DNA from: an uncultured Actinomycetes bacterium
Lineage (GTDB): Bacteria > Actinomycetota > Thermoleophilia > RBG-16-64-13
Length of the DNA: 64,000 nucleotides
Assembly (NCBI GenBank): GCA_963706025.1
Contig: CAVPLM010000005.1
Span: 224,001-288,000, forward strand
Reading direction: 5' to 3'
The position numbers were made by a program, and so were the translations under genes. This document shows, in pieces, positions 54,761-64,000 of the stretch (positions are counted from its first letter, which is position 1; each line of letters begins with the position of its first letter). The notes beneath the pieces are model-generated. The model was not told where the DNA came from, searched no databases, and saw only the letters and a list, made by a program, of their open reading frames with translations.

Positions 54761-56299
54761 ATGACCGTCGTATGGATCGTGATCGTGTTGGTGGTTGCTG
54801 CTGTATGCGCCGGGGCCGGTTATTTCGCCCGGAGACACCTCGGGGAGGCGAAGATCGCTTCCGCGGAGAAAGCAGCGGAGCAGATCGTGGCGGATGCCGA
54901 GCGGAAGGCCGAGACTCTGCAACGCGAGGCGCGGGTGGAGTTGAAGGACGAGCTTCATCAGCTCCGCACCCAGGTGGAGACCGAAACCAGGGAACGACGC
55001 CAAGAGGTGACGCAACTGGAGAACCGCCTGCTCAGCCGGGAGGAGGCTCTAGATGAAGTCCAGAAGGACCTGACCCGGCGGGAGCAATCGATCACCGACC
55101 GCGAGGCACACTATCGCAAGGTGATCGAAGAGGCGGAAGCGACGCGGGCGGAGCAGGAGCGCCAACTGGAAGAGATCTCCGGGCTGACCAGGGACCAGGC
55201 TGCCGAACTGATAATTAAGCGCACGGAGGACGAGGTCAGGCACGACATGGCCAAGATGGTCAGGGCCATCGAGGAAGAGGCTCGACACGAAGGAGACCGC
55301 CGGGCCAAGGACATCCTGTCCACATGTATACAACGGACGGCTTCCAGCCATGTGGCCGACAGCACCGTGTCGGTGGTGGCCCTTCCCACCGACGACATGA
55401 AGGGGCGGATCATTGGTCGCGAAGGCCGGAACATCCGCACCCTCGAGAATCTCACCGGCATCGATTTCATCATCGACGACACTCCGGAAGCGGTCGTGCT
55501 CTCCGGCTTCGACACCGTCCGCAGGGAGATAGCCCGGCTTACGCTGTCCAAGCTGGTCGCCGACGGCCGCATACATCCGGCCAAGATCGAGGAGATGTAC
55601 TCTAAAGCTCGAGAAGAGGTTGATAGAGAGATCCAGGACGCGGGGGAGCAGGCGGTGCTGGACGCGAACGTGCACGGGGTGGCTCCCGAGTTGCTCCGGC
55701 TGCTCGGCCGTCTGAAGTTCCGGACCAGCTACGGACAGAACGTGCTCGTGCATTCCTTGGAAGTCGCACACCTCGCCGGACTCATGGCCAGCGAGCTCGG
55801 CGTCAACGCGAAGCTGGCGAAGCGAGCCGGTCTACTCCACGACCTGGGCAAGGCTGTGGACCATGAGGTCGAAGGATCGCACGCCATGATCGGGGGGAAC
55901 CTGGCCCGTCGCTACGGAGAATCCGAAGCCGTCGCCCACGTGATCGAGGCTCATCACAACGAACCCGAACCTACGACGGTGGAGGCGGTACTGGTCGCGG
56001 CCAGCGACGCCGTCAGCGGAGCCCGCCCGGGGGCTCGCCGGGAGACGCTCGAGACCTACATCCAGCGGCTCGAGTCACTGGAGCGCATCGCAGAGAGCAA
56101 GCCCGGGGTGGAGAAGTGCTACGCCATCCAGGCGGGGCGGGAGATCAGAGTGCTGGTCAAGCCGGAGGAAGTGAACGACCAGGATGCTGCTCTTCTGTGC
56201 CGTGAGATCGCGAAAGAGATCGAGCAGGAGCTCGACTACCCGGGGACGATCCGCGTCACGGTCATCCGGGAGAGCCGAGCCGTGGAGATCGCCAAGTAG
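54761..56299 (+). CDS. rny: Ribonuclease Y
   Basis: N-terminal TM, coiled coil, [18 protein letters not shown] domain LLHDLGK. Confidence 0.97.
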   Translation: MTVVWIVIVLVVAAVCAGAGYFARRHLGEAKIASAEKAAEQIVADAERKAETLQREARVELKDELHQLRTQVETETRERRQEVTQLENRLLSREEALDEVQKDLTRREQSITDREAHYRKVIEEAEATRAEQERQLEEISGLTRDQAAELIIKRTEDEVRHDMAKMVRAIEEEARHEGDRRAKDILSTCIQRTASSHVADSTVSVVALPTDDMKGRIIGREGRNIRTLENLTGIDFIIDDTPEAVVLSGFDTVRREIARLTLSKLVADGRIHPAKIEEMYSKAREEVDREIQDAGEQAVLDANVHGVAPELLRLLGRLKFRTSYGQNVLVHSLEVAHLAGLMASELGVNAKLAKRAGLLHDLGKAVDHEVEGSHAMIGGNLARRYGESEAVAHVIEAHHNEPEPTTVEAVLVAASDAVSGARPGARRETLETYIQRLESLERIAESKPGVEKCYAIQAGREIRVLVKPEEVNDQDAALLCREIAKEIEQELDYPGTIRVTVIRESRAVEIAK

Positions 56300-56436
56300 G
56301 CGATTCGCCACGGCGATCAGGCGAGAGTCTCGCGCGATGCCGTGCCCGTCGCGGCGCGGGACGCCGGGCGTGGTCTTGGTCGCGGTCCCATGCGCGGCTC
56401 GGCCCGTAGCCATCCGATGACTCTGGAGGCCGGTTC

Positions 56437-57768
56437 GTGATTCGCGGGGAGCCAAGGACGTACTATCTGCGCTCTTTCGGGTGCCAGATGAACGATCACG
56501 ATTCCGAGAGGATCGCCGGTTTGCTCGAGCAGATGGGACTGGAGCCCCGGGCCTCTCCCGAGGACGCGGGCGTGCTGGTGTTCAACACGTGTTCCATCCG
56601 TGAGAAGGCCGACACCCGATTGGCCGGCCACCTGGGTACTGCGGCTCGCCTCAAGCGGCAGGATCCGGCCAAGGTAGTGGTGGTGGCCGGATGTCTGGCC
56701 CAGAGCCGGAAAGAGGAGTTCTTCTCCGACTTCCCTTTCGTGGACGTTCTGGTCGGGCCTCAGAGCCTGCACGAGCTGCCCCTGTTGCTGGAGCGCCGCC
56801 GGACCGGCGACCGGCAGGTGGGGGCATTCCAGGAGGCGACTGTCGGGTGGAGCGCGGATCTTCCCCGATCCCGGGTGTCGGGACCGGGGGCCTGGGTCCA
56901 GATCGTTGCCGGGTGCAGCAACTTCTGCTCCTACTGCATCGTGCCGTACGTGCGGGGGTCGGAGGCCTCTCGGCCCGCTGCCGACATCTTGGCAGAAGTG
57001 GCGCGCTTGGCAGCCGAAGGCGTGCGTCAAGTGACCTTCCTGGGGCAGAACGTCAACGCCTACGGTAAGGAGCCGGGATTCCCCGGCCGGGAGACATTCG
57101 CCGATCTCCTGGAAGAAGCCTGCTCCGTTCGGGGCATCGAGCGGATCCGTTTCATGACTTCGCACCCCAAGGACATGTCTCAAGCGTTGATCGACGTGAT
57201 GGCCCGGGAGAATCAGGTATGCGAGCATCTGCATCTGCCGGTGCAGTCAGGCAGCGACCGTATCCTGGCCGCGATGCGCCGGGGCTACGACCGTGGGGGG
57301 TATCTGGACCTCGTGCGGCGACTTCGGGACGCTGTGCCCGGACTGGCCTTGACCACCGACCTCATCGTCGGTTTTCCGGGCGAGACGGAGGGAGACTTCG
57401 AGGAGACCCTGTCTTTGGTGCAGGAGTGTGGCTTCGACGGGGCTTTCACGTTCGTCTACTCAGCCCGCAGGCAGACCGAGGCGGCGCGCCTGCCGGAGCG
57501 GGTGGCGCCCGACGTCGCCGAACGGCGCATGAGGCGGCTGGTGGACCTGGTCCAGAGACTGGGGCGTGAGCGGAACCAAGCTCAGATAGGCCGGACGGTG
57601 GAGGTGATGGTGGAGCGGGCCAGCCGCCAGCATGCGGGAGAGGTGATGGGACGGACGCGCGGCCACAAGCCGGTCAACTTCCCCTCGCAGGCTGCGCCCG
57701 GCGACCTGGTGATGGTGGAACTGCTCGAGGCGACGTCCACCAGCTTCCGCGGGCGAGCAGCGCGGTGA
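56437..57768 (+). CDS. miaB: tRNA (N6-isopentenyl-A37)-C2-methylthiotransferase
   Basis: FGCQMN..DSE, NTCSIRE, GCSNFCSYCIVPYVRG, TRAM domain. Confidence 0.96.
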   Translation: MIRGEPRTYYLRSFGCQMNDHDSERIAGLLEQMGLEPRASPEDAGVLVFNTCSIREKADTRLAGHLGTAARLKRQDPAKVVVVAGCLAQSRKEEFFSDFPFVDVLVGPQSLHELPLLLERRRTGDRQVGAFQEATVGWSADLPRSRVSGPGAWVQIVAGCSNFCSYCIVPYVRGSEASRPAADILAEVARLAAEGVRQVTFLGQNVNAYGKEPGFPGRETFADLLEEACSVRGIERIRFMTSHPKDMSQALIDVMARENQVCEHLHLPVQSGSDRILAAMRRGYDRGGYLDLVRRLRDAVPGLALTTDLIVGFPGETEGDFEETLSLVQECGFDGAFTFVYSARRQTEAARLPERVAPDVAERRMRRLVDLVQRLGRERNQAQIGRTVEVMVERASRQHAGEVMGRTRGHKPVNFPSQAAPGDLVMVELLEATSTSFRGRAAR

Positions 57769-58966
57769 GTGACGACGGCGTGGGGGGCTGCGGTGGCGTG
57801 AGTGGCGCCGGCGGGTCGGGGGGCGAGGAAGTGGAGATGGCTCGTATGGTCATAGGTATGCTGGGGCCCACGGGCGTCGGCAAGACCGCGGTGGCCGTGG
57901 AGCTGGCGCGGCGGCTGAGCGAGTCGTGGCCGCCGCCCGCCGCTGTGGCGACGGTCCGCGGCGCCCCCCCTGCGGAGATCCCGGACGCCGCCCTGGCGAG
58001 ACCCCGGAGGCCCGCCCTGGGGACGGGGCGGTAGTTGGTCGCGGGCGCGTGATCTCGTGCGACTCGATGCAGGTTTACCGGGGGTTCCCGGTCCTGACGA
58101 ACCAGCCGGTGGTCGCTGAGAGGGAAGCTGTCTCGCACGCGGTGGTAGGGTTCGTCGAACCGGAGGGGGAGTTCTCGGTTGCTCAGTACGCGGCGCTCGC
58201 CCGACCCCTGGTGGAGGCAGATCTGTCTGCGCGAGGATGGGCCCTGGTGGTCGGGGGCACGGGGTTATACATGCGGGCGGCGCTGGCGCCGCTGGCTGTG
58301 GCTCCGGGGGGCGACCCTGAACTGCGCGCGCGGCTGGAAGCGCGCGCGACCGCCGAAGGCCTCGATGTCCTCTACGAGGAACTCGCCCGCCTCGATCCGG
58401 AGGCCGCCGGGAAGATCGACCCCCGAAACCGCCGCCGGGTGATACGGGCGCTCGAAGCGATCAGCGTGACGGGCCGGCGGTGGTCGGGGCGCGACGACCT
58501 GTGGACGCCGGCCTACTACCATCCCACCTTGCTGATCGGACTGGTGGCGGAGCGAAAGGAGCTCTACCGCCGCATCGATCTCCGAGCCGGGCAGATGATG
58601 CAGCAGGGGGCGGTGGAGGAGGTCCGGCACTTTCGGCAGGTGCGGGGGCTCGAAGAGACCCGGCCGGGTGGCGCCGGCATCCGCAGCGCCATCGGGTACT
58701 CGGAGATCTGCCGACTGCTGGACGGGGAGCAGACTCTGGAGGAGACCGTGACTCAGGTCGCGGCGGCGACGCGGCGGTACGCGCGTCGCCAGCTCACCTG
58801 GCTGCGGAAGCTTGGGGACGCTGTTATCATTGACGTCCAGGACCGGAACCCCGGTGAGGTGGCGCAGGAGATCCTGACACTTGGCCGGTCGGGCGACCAC
58901 ACGAGGGCGACCGCACGAGGGAGTCTCATCACTCATGAAGCTGGCGAAGTGGCAGGGGCTGGGTAA
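57765..58966 (+). pseudogene. miaA: tRNA dimethylallyltransferase split across two frames (real frameshift, recoding or sequencing error)
   Basis: GPTGVGKT..ELARRL in ORF 57765-58034; ISCDSMQVYRG, VGGTGLY, RRVIRALE, AIGY, TRRYARRQLTW in the -1 frame ORF 57926-58966. Confidence 0.85.
58891..58921 (+). repeat. 14-bp tandem duplication at the miaA 3' end
   Basis: GGGCGACCACACGA GGGCGACCGCACGA GGG. Confidence 0.8.
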
Positions 58967-60041
58967 CGACTATCTCATCGTCGAAGAGTCGGCCCTTCCC
59001 GGACGCCTCACGACCGAGATCATCGGCCTGATTTGTGACCGCCATCTGGGGGTAGGGGCCGACGGCATCCTGCTCCACGGACGGCCGACGGGGGCGGTTC
59101 CCGGGGCCGTCGCCCAGATGCGGGTGTTCAATCCCGACGGAGGCGAGCCGGAGATGTGCGGCAACGGGATCCGCATCTTCGCCCGGTACCTGACCGCCTC
59201 CGGCGCGGTGGTCGAGCCCGAGTTCATCGTGGAGACTCTGGCGGGAGCGATCAAACCCCGACTCCTGAGCGACGGTGCGGTACGAGTCGACATGGGCCGC
59301 GCTCGTTTTCGGGGCGCCAACATCGCCCCGGCTTTGGGAGCCGCTCTGCCCGCCGCCGGCGACGTGGTCGATGCCGTTCTGACCGCTGAGGGCCGGGACT
59401 ATCGGTTCACCTTCGTCGATGTGGGTAACCCGCACTGCGTCATCCTGGTGGACGACCCCGCGAGCTTCGACGTGGGCGGCGTCGGCTCTGCGATCGAGCG
59501 GCATCCCGTGTTCCCCAACCGGGTGAACGTGGAATTCATTCACGTGGAGCCGGACGGTTCCGTGCGCATGCGGGTCTGGGAGCGAGGCGTGGGGGAGACC
59601 CAAGCCTGCGGGACGGGCGCGACCGCGGTCGGAGCCGCATGCGTGCGCCTGGGGTTGGCCGCGAGCCCGGTGCTGGTGCACCTGTTGGGTGGCGATCTAG
59701 TCATCGAGGTGGGTCCAGCGGGCGGCGACTGCAGCGCCGGGTACGGCAGCGCCGCCCCAGATGGCGGCGACACCGCGCGCGGGAACGGCGCCGACGGCGA
59801 CGCCGGCGAGGGCAAGATCGACCCAGACGTCGGCGAGGCGGGCGCCGGGTGGCGGGTCTTCATGACCGGCGCCGCGGAGGAGGTCTTCACCTGCGCTCTC
59901 TCCGCCGAGTTGCTGTGCCGCCTGGGCTGGCCGGTCGGTGCCGTTTCGAGCACCAGCGGCATGGTCCTCGCCCACGCCGACGCCACCGATACGAGCACCA
60001 CCCACCCGGACACCATCGACAAGGGGATCACCGACAACTGA
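58935..60041 (+). CDS. dapF: Diaminopimelate epimerase with Gly/Asp-rich insertion and C-terminal tail
   Basis: KWQGLGNDY, NPDG.EPEMCGNGIR, GNPH, ERGVGETQACGTG. Confidence 0.95.
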   Translation: MKLAKWQGLGNDYLIVEESALPGRLTTEIIGLICDRHLGVGADGILLHGRPTGAVPGAVAQMRVFNPDGGEPEMCGNGIRIFARYLTASGAVVEPEFIVETLAGAIKPRLLSDGAVRVDMGRARFRGANIAPALGAALPAAGDVVDAVLTAEGRDYRFTFVDVGNPHCVILVDDPASFDVGGVGSAIERHPVFPNRVNVEFIHVEPDGSVRMRVWERGVGETQACGTGATAVGAACVRLGLAASPVLVHLLGGDLVIEVGPAGGDCSAGYGSAAPDGGDTARGNGADGDAGEGKIDPDVGEAGAGWRVFMTGAAEEVFTCALSAELLCRLGWPVGAVSSTSGMVLAHADATDTSTTHPDTIDKGITDN

Positions 60042-60058
60042 CGGACGAGGAGGCAGAC

Positions 60059-61222
60059 GTGCGATTCTCGCGGCGGATGGACAACCTGGCCCCTTATCTC
60101 TTTGCGGAGATGGAGCGCAAGATCGCCGAGAAGCGCCAGAGCGGGGTGGACGTCATCAGCCTGGGCATCGGCGATCCCGATCTGCCCACCCCGGCCTTCA
60201 TCGTGGAAGAGATGCAGCGCCAGGTGGCCGACCCCCGCAATCACCGCTACCCCAGCAACCGGGGCCTCCCGGAGTTCGGCGAGGCGGTAGCCTCCTTCTA
60301 CAAGCGTCGCTTCGGCGTGGAACTCGATCCCGCGAAGGAGTTCTTCCCCCTGCTGGGCGCCAAGGAGGGTCTGGCTCACATATGCTGGGCCCTGCTGGAT
60401 GCGGACGATCTATCTCTGGTCCCCGACCCGGGCTATCCAGTGTATGCCGGCGGCTCCACCATGGTGGGCGCGAAGGTCCGCTATCTGCGTCTGCGTCCCG
60501 AGAAGGGCTTCCTCCCCGATCTTGACGAGATCAGCGAAGAGGAGGCCCGGAAGGCCAAGGTGCTCTTTATCGGCTATCCCAACAACCCCACCGCCGCGGT
60601 GGTTGAGGACGGCTTCTTCGAGCGGGTGGTGGCCTTCGCGAAGAGATACGACGTCGCGGTGGTGCACGACAACGCTTACTCCGAACTGACCTACGACGGC
60701 TACGTGGCTCCCAGCTTCCTCAGCGTGCCCGGTGCCAAAGACGTGGGGGTGGAGCTGTTCAGTTTCTCCAAGCCCTTCAACATGACCGGCTGGCGCATCG
60801 GTTTCGCCGTCGGCAACCCGGACATCCTCGCGCACCTCTGGCGTCTCAAGACCAACATGGACTCCGGTGTCTTCGACGCTCTTCAACGCACTGCTGCCTT
60901 CATACTGAACGGCCCGTGGGATTTCGTCCACGACATGTGCGAAGTCTATCGCCGGCGCCGCGATCTTCTGGCCGAAGCTCTGGTTTCGGTGGGGATGGAA
61001 GTGCCCAAGCCCAAAGGGACCATCTACATGTGGATCCCGGTGCCTTCCGGCTACACCTCGGCCGGCTTCAGCGAGCACGTCCTGGAGCAGGCTGGCGTGG
61101 TCGTCACCCCCGGTTCGGGCTACGGCCCGGCGGGGGAGGGTTTCGTAAGGCTGTCGCTCACCACTCCTGACGACCGCATCGCCGAGGCCGTGGACCGCAT
61201 CGAGCGGTCGCTGCGGCTGTAG
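60059..61222 (+). CDS. dapL: LL-diaminopimelate aminotransferase (class I/II PLP)
   Basis: PYLFA, ISLGIGDPD, YPNNPT, HDNAYSE, SFSKPFNMTGWRIG; SD GAGGAGG; next to dapF. Confidence 0.88.
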   Translation: MRFSRRMDNLAPYLFAEMERKIAEKRQSGVDVISLGIGDPDLPTPAFIVEEMQRQVADPRNHRYPSNRGLPEFGEAVASFYKRRFGVELDPAKEFFPLLGAKEGLAHICWALLDADDLSLVPDPGYPVYAGGSTMVGAKVRYLRLRPEKGFLPDLDEISEEEARKAKVLFIGYPNNPTAAVVEDGFFERVVAFAKRYDVAVVHDNAYSELTYDGYVAPSFLSVPGAKDVGVELFSFSKPFNMTGWRIGFAVGNPDILAHLWRLKTNMDSGVFDALQRTAAFILNGPWDFVHDMCEVYRRRRDLLAEALVSVGMEVPKPKGTIYMWIPVPSGYTSAGFSEHVLEQAGVVVTPGSGYGPAGEGFVRLSLTTPDDRIAEAVDRIERSLRL

Positions 61223-61273
61223 GCGCCATGACGCCGATTCTCGGCCGACCCGTCCAGCGCGGATGACGTACCC

Positions 61274-61702
61274 GTGGAACTAGCGGTCAAGTTCCTCCAC
61301 CCGGCGGCGAAGCTTCCTCAGCGGGTGCATCCCGGAGACGCCGGCGCCGACCTGTTCTCTGTGGAGGAGGTCACCATCCCCGCCGGCGAGCGCCGGGACG
61401 TGGGCACCGGCCTGGCGTTGGCCATACCCTCCGGCTACGCCGGTTTCGTCCAGCCTCGCTCGGGCCTCGCCTTCAGACACGGGATCATGGTGGTCAACTC
61501 GCCCGGCCTGATCGACGCCGGCTATCGGGGGGAAGTACGGGTCTCGCTCTACAACTCGGGCAAGGAGCCGTTCGTCGTCCGCGTAGGGGAGAGGATCGCC
61601 CAACTGGTCGTGCATAGGGTGGAGGAAGCCGCGTTCGTGGCCGCGGCTGAGCTACCCGAGACGGTCAGGGGCGAAGGAGGCTTCGGCAGCAGCGGGCGGT
61701 GA
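61274..61702 (+). CDS. dut: dUTP diphosphatase
   Basis: AGADL, PRSGLA, GLIDAGYRGE, RIAQL, RGEGGFGSSG. Confidence 0.97.
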   Translation: MELAVKFLHPAAKLPQRVHPGDAGADLFSVEEVTIPAGERRDVGTGLALAIPSGYAGFVQPRSGLAFRHGIMVVNSPGLIDAGYRGEVRVSLYNSGKEPFVVRVGERIAQLVVHRVEEAAFVAAAELPETVRGEGGFGSSGR

Positions 61703-61722
61703 GGATCCGCCGGTTGGGACCG

Positions 61723-61750
61723 GGCGCGCCCGCCGTGCGGCGGGCGCGCC
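61723..61750. terminator. Strong GC hairpin between convergent genes (likely bidirectional terminator)
   Basis: GGCGCGCCCGCC-GTGC-GGCGGGCGCGCC perfect 12-bp stem; no U-tract. Confidence 0.6.
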
Positions 61751-61756
61751 GTAGAT

Positions 61757-62977
61757 CTACGGGCCGGCCACCGTGGTCTCAGTACGGGGCAGCGTGTACT
61801 CCTCCCAGGTGTTGGGAACGATGTTCACACTGATCACGTACTGGCCGTTGATGTTGGTGATGCACCTGGCGTTGTAGTTGATCTCGCCACTCGAGCCGTT
61901 GCCTTTGTTGGACAGTTGGCCCTCGGTGTACATGGCCCCGTGGATGCCGCAGGTGCCCCGCAACATGCTGTCGCCGATGGTGACCAAGATACCGTAGAAG
62001 TCGGCCGTGCCCCTCATGTCCCAGGTGTTCTCCGAGCCGTCCGGCGTGTCGATCACGACCACAACAGGTTCGTCCACCGAACCGATCTGGCTGTTCCCCG
62101 AGATAGTGACCGCGCTGTCGCTCCTGATGTAGACCACCTTGCCCCCCGCTTCGCCGGAGGTCAGGAAGTCGCTGGCCTCGGAATCACTGGTGAAATACGT
62201 GCCTTGGCCGACCGCGATGCCCTCCAGTGCGCGCCGAAGGGCCTCGTTCACGATGCTGTCGAACGTCACGGGGGTGGAGACTTGCTGCACAACGCTCGGG
62301 TCGTAATCTAGCCCCTTGCCCTGGGCGTCGTGAACATCGAAGAGCGCGGGCGGCGTGCCCTCCTCGAGGACTATTTCAAGTCCCTGGCCGTTGCTGTCGA
62401 CCACGTTCGCGTAGAGCGCGAGCGTGGCCGGGAAAGTGAGGTCCCATTTCTGCCGCTGGGCGAGGATGAGGATGCGATGGCGATCGTCGTCCACGTTGGC
62501 GGCGGAGTCGACGAACATCATGCCGTCGCCATTTGAATCCCAACGCGGGGCGTCGGGATCGGCGACGGTGGTCGTCAGGCCGGTCGCAGAGTCGACGTTG
62601 TCATACATCGTGACCTGGATGAACTCACTGGGGTCGGATCGACTTGGATCCCACAGGCCTGTCGTGTTCTGCTGGATGGCCGTCTTGAGCAGGTCGTTGT
62701 CGACCGTCGCCACGTCGGTGGAGCGGGCCGGCCAGGCCAGTTTCAGACTCAGCATACCCGCGTCTACGCCGGCCTCGGTCACGTTGAACGCCTTGACGTC
62801 GGTGCGCTCCAATTCGGTGGAGTTCGTCTGCGAGGAAACCAGCCAATACAGAGCCACCCCAAGGATGATGAAGATCATAACAAACACCATGGCGATGACG
62901 ATCACCGAGCCCTCCTGCCTGGAAAGGCAGAGGGGGCGATCGCCCCGACTTCTTGTTTGCTTCTTCGACGCAATCAT
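61757..62977 (-). CDS. PilX-like minor pilin / pilus-assembly protein
   Basis: QEG|SVIVIAMVFVMIFIILG hydrophobic helix, then AFNVTEAGV (PilX N-terminal pattern); Gly-rich beta C-terminus; SD GAGGAG. Confidence 0.7.
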   Translation of the reverse strand: MIASKKQTRSRGDRPLCLSRQEGSVIVIAMVFVMIFIILGVALYWLVSSQTNSTELERTDVKAFNVTEAGVDAGMLSLKLAWPARSTDVATVDNDLLKTAIQQNTTGLWDPSRSDPSEFIQVTMYDNVDSATGLTTTVADPDAPRWDSNGDGMMFVDSAANVDDDRHRILILAQRQKWDLTFPATLALYANVVDSNGQGLEIVLEEGTPPALFDVHDAQGKGLDYDPSVVQQVSTPVTFDSIVNEALRRALEGIAVGQGTYFTSDSEASDFLTSGEAGGKVVYIRSDSAVTISGNSQIGSVDEPVVVVIDTPDGSENTWDMRGTADFYGILVTIGDSMLRGTCGIHGAMYTEGQLSNKGNGSSGEINYNARCITNINGQYVISVNIVPNTWEEYTLPRTETTVAGP

Positions 62978-63002
62978 GATCGTATGCTCCTCTTGCGCAG
63001 CG

Positions 63003-63660
63003 TCAATACTGGCGTAGGTTGCGCGGTTGCACCACCGAGCGCAATTGGTGGGCAATCGGCGCCTGGTCGGTGCGTATGTCGATCCGCAGGTCTATGGTCA
63101 CCTGACGAATGATCGTGGGGTCGGTCACCGGTGTGGAGAGGGTGCTCCCGTTCGCGCTGGTATAGGTGAACAGGGGTTTGGAGCCGTCATTGCTCACCCA
63201 GTTCCCCACGAGTCGCACTGAATGGGCGGTGGCAAAGGTTGCGTCACCGGTCTGGCTGTCGTCTCGATAGAGCGTGCGGGTGCCGGTGTCCACTCGGAAA
63301 CGCACCAACTCCAAGTCGTGAGCGGAGTCCCGGTCGGTGTCGGTCCAGCACACCAGGCTGTTGGCGTCGGCAGCGACGATGACCATGTTCAATTCTTCCG
63401 AAGGAGCGGGATCGGGCTGGCGAGCGGTTCGAATGTATTCGACCATTTCGTTCAGTGCGCGTGCGGGCCTGCTCCTGTGCGGTCATGTCGTCGTTCGTGA
63501 AACTGTACGAGCGTTGCAGCCCGAACCAGATGCCGTAGATGCCTGCGAGGATGACCAGCATGAGCACCATGGCCACCAGCAGTTCGACCAGGGAGAACCC
63601 GCGCTCCCCGCGGAGGCGCCGCCCCAGAAGCTTCGCTACTCTGTTGATGGGGGTCATCAC
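63003..63660 (-). pseudogene. Type IV pilin-like (PilW-type) gene with a one-base frameshift near 63459
   Basis: Prepilin motif ERG|FSLVELLVAM; removing one base gives continuous AQEQARTALNEMVEYIRTARQP...SVVQPRN. Confidence 0.75.
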
Positions 63661-63668
63661 TGTGGCGC

Positions 63669-64000
63669 CTAGAAGATGGTGAGAACGATCTGGCCGGCCT
63701 GCGCCGGAAGCGAGAACGACTGCGTGATGGTAGGTTTCTTGTTGGCGGTGGCCGTGATCAAGTAGTTGCCCGGGGTAAGGCCGGTGATCGTCTCGGTGTC
63801 ACCCTTCTTGACCGTTCCCGAGAAGACCGTGTTGCCGGCGCCGTTCTTGATGGTGACGTTGTAGTGCGCATTCGAGACGTTCCGGATCTGCACCGAGTAG
63901 ACCGCCAAGGTGGTGGTGGTCGACGAGGTGGAGGTCGTGGTGGTCGGCGCAGTGGTTGTCGTCGTCGGCAAGGTGGTGGTCGTCACTAACGGCGGCAGCG
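63669..64000 (-). CDS. C-terminus of a probable secreted/pilin-cluster protein with Thr-rich linker and beta-sandwich domain (partial)
   Basis: Frame open to window edge; TTTTLPTTTTTAPTTTT linker; ITGLTPGNYLITA. Confidence 0.6.
   Translation of the reverse strand, partial: LPPLVTTTTLPTTTTTAPTTTTSTSSTTTTLAVYSVQIRNVSNAHYNVTIKNGAGNTVFSGTVKKGDTETITGLTPGNYLITATANKKPTITQSFSLPAQAGQIVLTIF

Noticed and set aside
58029-58052. Stop-codon readthrough (pyrrolysine/selenocysteine) rescuing miaA
   Set aside because: Reading through TAG 58032 stays in the wrong frame and meets TGA five codons later

Overview
High-GC core-genome window. From about 1 to 61.7 kb it is a dense, almost all plus-strand housekeeping cluster: smc-ftsY-ffh-rpsP-khpA-rimM-trmD-lepB-rplS-lepB-rnhB ... 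yraN-comM-dprA-xerC-whiG/fliA-rpsB-tsf-pyrH-frr-uppS-cdsA-dxr-rseP-ispG-proS-rimP-nusA-infB-rbfA-truB-ribF-rpsO-pnp-dapB-rnj-ftsK-rodZ-rimO-pgsA-thpR-recA-recX-rny-miaB-miaA-dapF-dapL-dut. The end of a minus-strand type IV pilin-like cluster follows. Gene order and content suggest a deep-branching Actinomycetota (Thermoleophilia-like); this is inference only. I found no rRNA, tRNA, CRISPR array or transposase. The most unusual signals lie between or inside the core genes: (1) a dispersed ~160-bp palindromic MITE/RPE-like repeat with full, internally deleted and end-only copies, some supplying coding sequence to thpR and uppS; (2) three 17-bp repeats, each encoding a stop/start-coupled hexapeptide, between cdsA and dxr; (3) a ~260-nt promoter-driven, end-paired structured RNA upstream of rny; (4) miaA split by a 122-nt structured insertion with a C7 run; (5) a probable CTG start for yraN; (6) a frameshifted pilin-like gene; (7) pervasive low-complexity tandem expansions in housekeeping proteins. 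All calls come from reading motifs by eye, with no database searches.
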